From a bacterium (GTDB lineage Bacteria > SZUA-182 > DTGQ01): a stretch of 15,325 nt of DNA. Position numbers and translations under genes: made by a program. The notes beneath the pieces were generated by a model. That model ran no database searches. It saw nothing but the letters and a program-made list of their open reading frames with translations, and was not told the origin of the DNA. Where the stretch lies: positions 1 to 15,325 of the forward strand of contig JBFMGO010000131.1 in assembly GCA_040752695.1 (NCBI GenBank). Reading direction: 5' to 3'. This document shows positions 7,973 to 15,325 of this stretch, in pieces (position 1 is the stretch's first letter; every line of letters starts with the position of its first letter).

Positions 7973-8848
7973 ATGGATTACCCTTATCTTACTGACAAAG
8001 AAGAGAAGGTCAAGGAAGCTGTTCAGGGAGAGGAAAACATTTTTTTGCCCAAAGTGGCCAAGATTCTCCATGTGCAGCCAATGGCCAAAACCGAGAAGCA
8101 TTTTCGGCTTGCCTTCCAGGATGGCACGCCAATGGCTCATCAGCCTGGCCAGATTGTGGAAGCCTCCATTTTCGGCTTTGGAGAGATCCCACTGGGAATT
8201 GCCTCTACCCCCACCCGCGAAGACCATTTCGATGTGGTGATTCGAAAGACTGGACGCGTTTCCGGTGCCCTGTGGGACCTGAATCAGGGCGATGCCATGT
8301 ACATTCGCGGCCCTCTGGGCAAAGGTTTTCCGGTAGAGGAGTTTAAGGGGCATGATGTACTCATTGTTGCCGGAGGGATCGGCCTTTGCCCTACCAGAAG
8401 CATGATTGAATATATCGAGGATCGCAGGGAGGAGTTCGGGCGGTTTATCCTGTTTTTCGGTGCCCGCTCACCAAAGGAGCAGCTTTTTCTCGACGATCTC
8501 GAGCGATGGAGAAAAGAAAAAGAGTGGATCGAATACCATGAGACCGTTGACCAGGCCGGTGGGGACTGGAATGGTAACGTAGGAGTTATCACCACTCTTT
8601 TCGGCAAGACCGACATCAGCAAAGATACCAGGGTGATCATCTGCGGCCCCCCCGTTATGTATAAATTTGTCATAAAGGAATTGAAAAAGCTGTCTATTCC
8701 GGATTCTCATATCTATGTTGACCTGGAACGTAGAATGAAATGCGGCGTAGGAAAGTGCGGGCATTGCCAGATTAATGGCCTCTACGTGTGTACCGATGGG
8801 CCGGTCTTTAATTTTGCCAGGATAAAAAACTTGGAGGAGGCGTTCTAA
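7973..8848 (+). CDS. hydG: sulfhydrogenase gamma subunit, FAD/NAD(P)-binding oxidoreductase with 2Fe-2S cluster (AsrB/PyrK-like)
   Basis: Start ATG 7973 after GGAGG. Motifs IRGPLGKGF, VAGGIG, CGPPVM and LERRMKCGVGKCGHCQ...VCTDGPVF. Confidence 0.92.
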   Translation: MDYPYLTDKEEKVKEAVQGEENIFLPKVAKILHVQPMAKTEKHFRLAFQDGTPMAHQPGQIVEASIFGFGEIPLGIASTPTREDHFDVVIRKTGRVSGALWDLNQGDAMYIRGPLGKGFPVEEFKGHDVLIVAGGIGLCPTRSMIEYIEDRREEFGRFILFFGARSPKEQLFLDDLERWRKEKEWIEYHETVDQAGGDWNGNVGVITTLFGKTDISKDTRVIICGPPVMYKFVIKELKKLSIPDSHIYVDLERRMKCGVGKCGHCQINGLYVCTDGPVFNFARIKNLEEAF

Positions 8849-9595
8849 ATGAGTAGACCAAAGGTCGCCTTTTTTGACTTCACCAGTTGCGAAGGGTGTC
8901 AGGTTGAGATTGCCAATTTCGACCAGGATTTGTTGAAGATGCTTCAGGCGATAGAGGTGGTGGAATTTCGGGAGATCATGAAAGAAACCTGCTCCGCGCC
9001 TTTGGATATTGCTTTTGTGGAGGGAAGTTTCTCGCGGGAAAAGGACCGTGCCCGGCTTCAGAAGATCCGCCAAAGGTCCAGGCTGGTGGTGGCCTATGGT
9101 TCCTGCGCAGCCACCGGCGGAATCAATGCTTTGAAGAATCATAAACCCGTTTACAAATACAAGGTGGAAGTATATGGCGCAGATGCAACCCTGCCCCACC
9201 TTGAAACCCAGAAAGCCCTGCCTATTTCAGCGGCTATTCCGGTTGATCTGGCTATTCCCGGCTGCCCGGTTAACCGCGATGAATTCGTCCGGCTGGTTTC
9301 GGACCTTTTGCACGGCAAGGCGCCGACTATTCCAAACTATCCGGTCTGTATGGAATGTAAAAAGAAGGAAAATATCTGCCGTTATGAGCTGGGAGATACC
9401 TGTCTTGGCGTGGTTTCCCGGGCAGGCTGCGGTGCTCTGTGTCCGTCTCATGACACACCCTGTGAGGCCTGCCGGGGCTTTGTGGACACCCCTAACCTGA
9501 ACTCCCTGGTGGATGTTCTGGTCAAGGGCGGCATGCAGCCCGCTTATGCCAGGATCAAGGCACAGATGTTTACGGCAAATCTGGTGGAGGAATAA
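8849..9595 (+). CDS. hydD: group 3b [NiFe] hydrogenase small (delta) subunit
   Basis: FTSCEGCQ, VEGS, GSCAATGG, IPGCP, VCMECK, CLG...GCGALCP...CEACRG; no Tat signal, so cytoplasmic; abuts the hydG stop codon. Confidence 0.93.
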   Translation: MSRPKVAFFDFTSCEGCQVEIANFDQDLLKMLQAIEVVEFREIMKETCSAPLDIAFVEGSFSREKDRARLQKIRQRSRLVVAYGSCAATGGINALKNHKPVYKYKVEVYGADATLPHLETQKALPISAAIPVDLAIPGCPVNRDEFVRLVSDLLHGKAPTIPNYPVCMECKKKENICRYELGDTCLGVVSRAGCGALCPSHDTPCEACRGFVDTPNLNSLVDVLVKGGMQPAYARIKAQMFTANLVEE

Positions 9596-9600
9596 GCCCT

Positions 9601-10920
9601 ATGGGACAAAAAATCAATATCAATCTGCAGCACGTAACCCGGGTCGAGGGACATGGAAACATCATTGTCAATGCCACGAATGGCAAACTGGAGCGATGTG
9701 AATGGCAGGTGCCCGAATCACCCCGGTTTTTTGAATCTATGGTGAGGGGCCGGCATTTTCCCGAAATCGCCCGCATTACCTCACGTATCTGCGGCATCTG
9801 CTCAGTAGGGCATCAACTGGCTTCGGTCAAGGCCACGGAAAAGGCGCTTGGCATAGAAATTTCCGAGCAGACCGACAAACTGCGGCGGCTTCTGAAGCAT
9901 GGTGAAAATTTTGATTCTCACATTCTCCATGTCTACTTCCTCGTTGCTCCCGATCTTTTGGGAGTTTCATCAGTAATGCCTCTGGCTGCCTCCCATCCGG
10001 AAGTGGTCAAGCGTGCTCTGGCCATGAAGGGAGTGGGGAGCCGATGGTCCGGCATTATCTGCGGCCGGTCCACCCATCCGGTGCGGATCGTGCCCGGCGG
10101 TTTTTCCAAACTGCCCACTAAGGCAGAGCTCCTTGAATTGAAAAAGCTCATTCTGGATACGGTGCCGGATGTAAAGGCAACTGCCGAAACTCTTCAATCA
10201 CTTGCCGATCGAATACCGGCATTTGAGCGAAAAACAGAATATGTGGGACTGGTGGACTCCGTGGAGTACGGCCTGTACGACGGCCGCATCGGATGCCTTA
10301 TGCCGGATGGACAAAGGACTTTACTGAATGTCGAAGAATACCGCTCGGTAACGAACGAATGGGTCAGCCCTCTGTCTACGGCGAAATATACCAGGCATCA
10401 AATGGACTCCTATATGGTTGGAGCCCTGGCCCGGATCAACCTCAATTTTCAGCAGTTGCACCCGGAGGCAAAAAAAGTCGCCGAGAGTCTGGGATTCAGT
10501 GTCCCTTGCTATAACCCTTACATGAATACCGTAGCCCAGTTTATCGAGGCAGTCCATTCCGCTTATGCAGGGCTGGACCTCATCGACAGCCTGCTGGATG
10601 CCGGGCTGCGGGAGGAAGAGGTACCGCCGATCCAGCCGAGGGCCGGCCGCGGAGTGGGCGCGGTGGACGTGCCGCGAGGGATTCTTTTCCACGACTATGA
10701 ATATGATGAATCCGGCCTTTGCCTTTCAGCCAACTGCATCATCCCGACCAACCAGAACCACGCCAATATCCAATGTGATATGGATCAACTGGTGCCGGCT
10801 ATGATTCGAAGCAACAAGAGTCAGGCGGAAATGGAATTGAGTCTGGAAATGCTGGTTCGTGCTTATGATCCCTGTATCTCCTGCTCAACGCATTACCTGG
10901 ATATTACCTTTGTGAAGTGA
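9601..10920 (+). CDS. hydA: group 3b [NiFe] hydrogenase large (alpha) subunit
   Basis: TRVEGHG, L1 motif RICGICSVGH, VPRG, L2 motif RAYDPCISCSTH plus an 8-aa cleavable C-terminal extension; Cys rather than Sec at the Ni site. Confidence 0.96.
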   Translation: MGQKININLQHVTRVEGHGNIIVNATNGKLERCEWQVPESPRFFESMVRGRHFPEIARITSRICGICSVGHQLASVKATEKALGIEISEQTDKLRRLLKHGENFDSHILHVYFLVAPDLLGVSSVMPLAASHPEVVKRALAMKGVGSRWSGIICGRSTHPVRIVPGGFSKLPTKAELLELKKLILDTVPDVKATAETLQSLADRIPAFERKTEYVGLVDSVEYGLYDGRIGCLMPDGQRTLLNVEEYRSVTNEWVSPLSTAKYTRHQMDSYMVGALARINLNFQQLHPEAKKVAESLGFSVPCYNPYMNTVAQFIEAVHSAYAGLDLIDSLLDAGLREEEVPPIQPRAGRGVGAVDVPRGILFHDYEYDESGLCLSANCIIPTNQNHANIQCDMDQLVPAMIRSNKSQAEMELSLEMLVRAYDPCISCSTHYLDITFVK

Positions 10921-10955
10921 GCATAAAGAAGTCGGGAGTCAAGTGAGTAAAAAAC

Positions 10956-11036
10956 GTCAGGAGTCAGAATCCCGAAAATGCGATAAAAACAGCATTTTTT
11001 CTGATTCCTGACTGACTCTTTTGGTTTTTGGATTTT
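10956..11036 (+). terminator. 14-bp stem followed by U-rich tracts between hydA and the protease gene
   Basis: GTCAGGAGTCAGAA (10956-10969) pairs with TTCTGATTCCTGAC (10999-11012, one G-U pair), followed by TGACTCTTTTGGTTTTTGGATTTTT; the loop is long (29 nt). Confidence 0.4.
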
Positions 11037-11158
11037 TGGGTAAGTAAAGGGGGCGGAGAGGATTTCTATTTTTGTAGTCTGCTCAAGTGCAAACCGCTAT
11101 AACATTGATAGCCGGGAAAGACTATTAACCTGCAATAACGAAAAAGGGGCAAACAGAC

Positions 11159-11620
11159 ATGGGTAAAAAAATAGCTATCGGTATGGGCAATTACCTTATG
11201 CAAGATGATGGCATTGGACCGAAAGTGATTGAGCAGATCTGTCTTCGTGAGCTGGATCAGAATTTTGAAACCGAAGACATAGCGACGGACGGTTTGCGGT
11301 TGTTCAAGCACTTTAATAATGAAACGGAAAAAATTGTCATTATCGACTCTGCCTATATGGGCCAGGAGCCTGGCACAGTAATAGTCTTTTCTCCGGATCA
11401 GGTTCAAACCGCGAAAACAAATCAGCCAATCAGCACCCATGAGGGAGATATCCTTAATCTGATCAATCTGGGCAAGATGCTGAATCTTCCAATTCCCGAA
11501 ATTAGAATTGTGGCCATTGAACCGGACCAGGTAGATGCAGGAGATGAACTCTCCATTCGACTGCGGGGCAAAGTGGATGAAGTGATCCAACACGTAATCA
11601 GGGAACTTTCCTGCCAGTGA
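11159..11620 (+). CDS. hydrogenase maturation endopeptidase (HycI/HyaD/HybD family)
   Basis: IGMGNYLMQDDGIG, IVIIDSA and STH motifs; lies directly downstream of the large subunit that carries a C-terminal extension. Confidence 0.93.
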   Translation: MGKKIAIGMGNYLMQDDGIGPKVIEQICLRELDQNFETEDIATDGLRLFKHFNNETEKIVIIDSAYMGQEPGTVIVFSPDQVQTAKTNQPISTHEGDILNLINLGKMLNLPIPEIRIVAIEPDQVDAGDELSIRLRGKVDEVIQHVIRELSCQ

Positions 11621-11771
11621 AAAGACGACCTTTGGCTTTCGCTTGAAGGGTTTATGAAAGGGACAGTAACGCTTGATGTTCAAGCTCTTTGAATGAAAAC
11701 TATAACCTCTTGTTTTTTAGGTTAAACGGTTGATATTTTACCATGAAAGAAAATCAAGAGGGCAGCCGGAT

Positions 11772-11817
11772 AAAAACCAAGAGGGCAGACCAGATATGGC
11801 CTGCCCTCTTGGCATTT
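11772..11817 (-). terminator. rho-independent terminator for the minus-strand gene (possibly bidirectional)
   Basis: CCAAGAGGGCAG (11777-11788) / CTGCCCTCTTGG (11801-11812), followed by TTTTT on the minus strand and CATTTT on the plus strand; lies between convergent genes. Confidence 0.75.
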
Positions 11818-11883
11818 TCAGGTTAGAAAGCTACCCTTGGTAATTTCCAAGGATTTTTCTCAAACGCGCAGTAATCTCTTTAG

Positions 11884-12723
11884 TTAGATAATCGCGCTTG
11901 GGGCCAGGAACGTCGGGAAGATTGGAGATATCGTTGGCGCTACGAAGGTCGTGGGGAAAGTTGGCCCTACGAAAGTTGTCGGGATAGTTGGTCCTACGAA
12001 AGTCGTCGGGATAGTTGGCCCTACCCAGGTTGTGGGCGGAACTGGAGGTACCCAGGTTGTCGGGATAGTTGGTCCTACGAAAGTCGTCGGGATAGTCGGC
12101 CCTACCCAGGTTGTGGGCGGAACTGGAGGTACCCAGGTTGTCGGGATGGTTGGCCCTACGAAAGTTGTCGGGATGGTTGGCCCTACCCAGGTTGTGGGCG
12201 GAACTGGAGGTACCCAGGTTGTCGGAACGGTGCCGAGAACTGGTGAGGGAAGAACCATCAGGTAAGCCAGGAGAGCTGCATTGCCAAGAGGTACATTGGT
12301 GTTAATCCAGGAACTGGCTGTTGGCGGCAGAAGCTCATAATCCAGGGGAAGATTGACAGGCAGAGGCGATCCGCTCGCATCGAGTAAATAAGATGGTGGC
12401 CAGAGGTTTACTCCGCCAATTGGATCATAATAAGCCATGCCGATCGGAGTATTATACAGTAACCAGGGTTCAGCCGCAGCCGGGTCCCAGGTCAGGCCGG
12501 GCTGAACAGGCAAAACGGTAGCAGGAGTCAACTCGGATACGATCGGGACTGGCAATCCGGTAATAGAGTCGACAGGGGACAGGGCGGGAGACCACAATGG
12601 CCAAAGTGTGTTATAGGGAGGCAGTGCCATCCAGTTTTGGGCTTGGGCAACAGGTGAATAGGCGAGAACTAAGGCAACTAAGCTGAGCAAAAGGGCGTAA
12701 GCGAGTCTCTTCGTGGTAATCAT
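11884..12723 (-). CDS. secreted Pro/Thr/Trp-rich hypothetical protein with C-terminal 9-aa tandem repeats
   Basis: GGAGG RBS (cctcc 12735-12739); signal peptide ending in AQA|QNW; own terminator; the repeats stay in frame with synonymous third-position variation. Confidence 0.85.
   Translation of the reverse strand: MITTKRLAYALLLSLVALVLAYSPVAQAQNWMALPPYNTLWPLWSPALSPVDSITGLPVPIVSELTPATVLPVQPGLTWDPAAAEPWLLYNTPIGMAYYDPIGGVNLWPPSYLLDASGSPLPVNLPLDYELLPPTASSWINTNVPLGNAALLAYLMVLPSPVLGTVPTTWVPPVPPTTWVGPTIPTTFVGPTIPTTWVPPVPPTTWVGPTIPTTFVGPTIPTTWVPPVPPTTWVGPTIPTTFVGPTIPTTFVGPTFPTTFVAPTISPIFPTFLAPSAII
11929..12225 (-). repeat. coding minisatellite: 11 x 27-bp units with an 81-bp higher-order period
   Basis: (PTTWVPPVP-PTTWVGPTI-PTTFVGPTI)x3 + PTTFVGPTF + PTTFVAPTI; 297 bp in total. 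Confidence 0.95.
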
Positions 12724-12743
12724 TGTAAAAGCTTCCTCCGTAC

Positions 12744-12777
12744 TCTTTGAAAACGTATCTTTCTTTGTAAACGTATC
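12744..12777. repeat. 16-bp direct repeat just upstream of the RBS of the minus-strand gene
   Basis: TCTTTGAAAACGTATC (12744-12759) and TCTTTGTAAACGTATC (12762-12777), 1 mismatch. Confidence 0.7.
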
Positions 12778-13053
12778 GTTAGATATTAAAACAGTAAGAC
12801 AACAGTAACCCTAGAACCAATCTTATTTACATTTGCTTCGCACTTTTTGTAGTTATCTCACCTCCCTTCCTCGCTTTGCAGAATCGTGCTCTTTAAGACA
12901 CAGAAAGACACCCGTGAAAGGATATCGAGGAATGCCTTACAATAAGGCGAATTGTAACATCTGGAATCCTGAAGAGCAGTTTCTGAAAAGTCATTTCAGG
13001 CAAACTTCATCCGCCAAAGAACCGTCAGACATAGTTAAGTTCCATGGAAATCA

Positions 13054-13125
13054 GCATCTTAAGCGTCTCAAGTGAACCCTTTAGTACCCACCCGCATCTT
13101 AAGTATCTCAAGAACTTTAAGTATC
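13054..13125. repeat. 19-bp direct repeat, period 40, with a partial third copy
   Basis: GCATCTTAAGCGTCTCAAG (13054-13072), GCATCTTAAGTATCTCAAG (13094-13112), TTAAGTATC (13117-13125). Confidence 0.7.
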
Positions 13126-13624
13126 CAGGTTATAGGCACTGAGGGTTATCTTGGGCCAATCATCAGGGAGTTACTTCCGTATACCAGGGTATTGTGGGAA
13201 AAAGGTAGAGATACACCTGCCGAATCTCATTTGCATTGGGCTTGTTTAATCTCTCTCTTCTCCCTTGTTGCTCCTGCTGTGTTGGACAGTTTTGTCCTTC
13301 ATGCGCTTTTATATCCTACATCATTTGCTGGGGAGGGATAGGATCAAGCACTTTTAAACAGACAATTGGAGCATACTCCCGGATCTGAAGAATGGTCACT
13401 GGCACGGATGGAGCTTGCAGATATACGTATTAGATGTTTTTAAAGCATATGGGCGACTAAGGCATTTTCCTCCTTATCAATTTCAGTTGACTGTGCCTGT
13501 GGTTATTTAACTTTATCTCTCTTACAACTCTCTTTTCTCTCTCGATCCTGCGTGATCGGTCTTTTGTCCCCTCTCTCTTAAGGGCAAGTTCCAGATCGAT
13601 TGAACAGAATCATTCTTCTTAAAG

Positions 13625-13639
13625 GCAATTTTTATGCCC
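13625..13639 (-). promoter_or_regulatory. sigma54 promoter candidate pointing toward the Pro/Thr-rich gene
   Basis: Minus strand reads GGGCAT-AAAAA-TTGC: GG-N10-GC with a canonical TTGC -12; about 900 nt from the start codon. Confidence 0.4.
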
Positions 13640-13964
13640 GGCATTAAAATTTCCGGATATGAATGCACTACAGGTTTAAATTTTCAGGATTTGACCCGCT
13701 TCCCAGGGGAGCAGCTTCATGGCAGGGAGGGTTACTGTCGGATACTCCGAAGAGACGAACTCTTAAAAATAATGGGAGGCTGAGAGCCATTGAGAGCACT
13801 TGTTTTCCATCTGCTTGATACATGCGAGATAAGAAGGGGGCCTTCCATCATAGTAACTATGGACAGACTCATATTTTATATGAAGTTACAGGAGTTACAG
13901 GTAAATGGAAGTGGTAATACCGGAGTGTAGAGCGCTCCTCGCTCATACCGGCGGGGTATAACAC

Positions 13965-14026
13965 TTCCAGCCCTCAAGTTTTATTCTCTCAATTTGCCAA
14001 AACACGATGAAGCTTGAGGGCTGGAA
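13965..14026. repeat. 14-bp perfect inverted repeat in the intergenic region
   Basis: TTCCAGCCCTCAAG (13965-13978) / CTTGAGGGCTGGAA (14013-14026), extendable by about 3 bp inward. Confidence 0.75.
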
Positions 14027-14514
14027 AGCTTAAGCAATGATCGTCACTTTTTTATCCCGGCCCTTACATCCTGCTTTTTCTATCTGCTTTTTCTATAACG
14101 CTACCGCTTAAATTCCTTAATACACGGCGAGGGAATTACCCGGCTCGTTATTGAACCAGGGGCATTTCCCGAAAACCCCTTCAATAACCGCTCATGAGTC
14201 CCTCACCCCCTTTACAAAAGGGGGGATAAAAACCCTTATCAGAGGGGATAGTGATTAACCGGCCGCATATTTCATGTGCGGTGTACTGAAGTAACACACC
14301 TTCAGGCAATGCACTTTGACTTTCGATTAAATCTCATAATTCTTACGCCCAAGTAATGAAAGCTTTTCGGTAAAATAATTGAATGTGCACTACACGTATC
14401 TCAAATTTTCTTCGTCCCCTTAACCCAGGTTTACAAAAACTTTTTAAAATTTCCCTACAATAGGTGAAGATGAACGCTCACGAGCAAAGCAGTGTTTCAA
14501 AATAAAATTCTTGC

Positions 14515-14595
14515 TTGACAAATGAGTGACTAAGTGATTATTATTAATTACATTAAAATCTTAGTTTTGACATAAAATATATTAAATAATATAAA
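14515..14595 (+). promoter_or_regulatory. tandem sigma70-type promoter candidates in a very AT-rich tract upstream of the CARF gene
   Basis: TTGACA (14515-14520)-N18-TATTAT (14539-14544) and TTGACA (14567-14572)-N17-TATAAA (14590-14595). Confidence 0.5.
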
Positions 14596-14704
14596 ATATT
14601 ATTCATAGATTATATTTTATTTTAAAAAATTACAGAAATACTAATGAGAGCCAGTGTCTGTCCTTTGCCCTATAAGTAGCTGATGAATTCGGTATTTTCT
14701 CTCT

Positions 14705-14767
14705 TGTTTAATTTAAACCTGCTGTATGGCTGTTTAATTTAAACCCGCTTTATGAACCTGCTTTATG
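14705..14767. repeat. tandem 24-bp repeat (period 26), each copy containing the palindrome GTTTAA-T-TTAAAC
   Basis: TGTTTAATTTAAACCTGCTGTATG (14705-14728), TGTTTAATTTAAACCCGCTTTATG (14731-14754), partial AACCTGCTTTATG (14755-14767). Confidence 0.75.
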
Positions 14768-15008
14768 GGCAGCATTTTTGGTTTTTTCCACCCCAGGCGC
14801 ACTCTGGAACTATAAAAAGTGCTATCTGGGGGCAGCTACTCGTTAACTAAAGCTAAGGGTTACCCTTACATACCTATTCAGATGTAAACCCAGTCGGTTA
14901 TCGCTGGCTTGTCCGGCAATTTGCTCAGGCTTTGCCTCTCCACATCGGGCTCAAACGTCGATTTCCGGATTCATTCAATAAAACTGACAGGCTGCCAGGG
15001 AGTATATT

Positions 15009-15325
15009 ATGGATAAATATCAAGAATTTAATAATCTAATCCTTCTTATTGGCACTAATCCCCTCCCTAATTTTGTTGTGGCTGATTATTTTTTGCGGAT
15101 CAATCAGAATATCCAATCCATTTGGCTTACTTACTCAGAAGCAAAAAACATGCTGCAGACAGGGACGGATAAACAGGCAAAAAATCTGGAAACCCTGCTG
15201 CGAAAGCTGTGGGAGGGAAAACAGTGTCCTTCCGGCAAGCTTGCACGAAAAACAGATCAAGAGATGGTATCATTAGAAGGCGAAGGGATTATGCCTGCCT
15301 TGGCAGTCATGGGGAAGAAACACTT
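15009..15325 (+). CDS. N-terminus of a CARF-domain protein (Card1/Can2/DUF1887-like), truncated by the window edge
   Basis: Manual translation from ATG 15009 (after AGGGAG): MDKYQEFNNLILLIGTNPLPNFVVADYFLRINQNIQSIWLTYSE..., open to the window end. The hydrophobic strand plus GTNPLPN matches CARF motif I of DUF1887-type proteins. Confidence 0.7.
   Translation, partial: MDKYQEFNNLILLIGTNPLPNFVVADYFLRINQNIQSIWLTYSEAKNMLQTGTDKQAKNLETLLRKLWEGKQCPSGKLARKTDQEMVSLEGEGIMPALAVMGKKH

Noticed and set aside
6922..7974. 350-aa antisense ORF over hydB, and other antisense or alternate-frame ORFs inside the cytochrome and hydrogenase genes (e.g. 8468-9199, 11066-11683)
   Set aside because: Shadow ORFs of well-supported genes, with no recognisable motifs.
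6946..8848. Anaerobic sulfite reductase asrAB
   Set aside because: The subunits are homologous, but they are followed by [NiFe] small and large subunits rather than asrC, so this is a group 3b hydrogenase.
10861..10920. Selenocysteine ([NiFeSe]) hydrogenase or stop-codon readthrough
   Set aside because: The L2 motif is DPCISC with ordinary Cys codons, and the TGA at 10918-10920 follows a normal C-terminal extension.
11929..12265. Tandem repeat as a CRISPR array, or the plus-strand VVG-repeat ORF (11951-12265) as a gene
   Set aside because: There are no unique spacers. Units are in-frame multiples of 27 bp within a gene that has an RBS, signal peptide and terminator on the minus strand.
12833..13341. 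Short ORFs 12833-13075 and 13072-13341
   Set aside because: Non-ATG starts, no clear RBS and no recognisable protein features.
13400..13414. Plus-strand sigma54-like TGGCACG-GATG-GAGC
   Set aside because: The spacing is right but the -12 element is GAGC rather than TTGC, and no plus-strand gene lies within 1.5 kb.
14705..14767. Degenerate CRISPR array next to an AT-rich leader
   Set aside because: The repeats start with GTTT and lie near a CARF gene, but they are separated by only 0-2 nt, so there are no spacers.
14881..14970. c-di-GMP-I (GEMM) riboswitch on the minus strand (GGCAAAGCC...AACCGA)
   Set aside because: The 5' GGCAAAC/GNRA P2 elements are absent and no gene lies close downstream. 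It could instead be a coding remnant (IRKSTFEPDVERQSLSKLPDKPAITDWVYI*). An Infernal search would settle it.
15049..15276. 75-aa ORF listed in the ORF track
   Set aside because: It is out of frame with, and nested in, the better-supported CARF-like frame starting at 15009.

Overview
Bacterial window, probably from a Gram-negative anaerobe (inferred from c-type cytochrome, sigma54-type promoters and a [NiFe] hydrogenase). It has four parts. (1) A putative sigma54-driven two-gene operon: a secreted right-handed beta-helix protein (234-1025) and a ~1680-aa secreted multiheme cytochrome c (1048-6090). The cytochrome has 15 CxxCH motifs in a duplicated 7/8-heme module, with a discoidin-like domain and five golvesin/Xly-CBD-like domains, one of them circularly permuted, plus a choice-of-anchor-X-like domain. 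(2) A complete group 3b [NiFe] (sulf)hydrogenase operon hydBGDA (6946-10920) plus a maturation protease (11159-11620). (3) A convergent minus-strand secreted Pro/Thr/Trp-rich protein with a hierarchical 27-bp/81-bp repeat (11884-12723). (4) A ~2.3-kb repeat- and hairpin-rich non-coding region, then the 5' end of a CARF-domain (Card1/DUF1887-like) gene at 15009 that the ORF track missed. The cytochrome/adhesin mosaic is the most novel-looking element. Domain names come from recognising motifs by eye, not from database searches.
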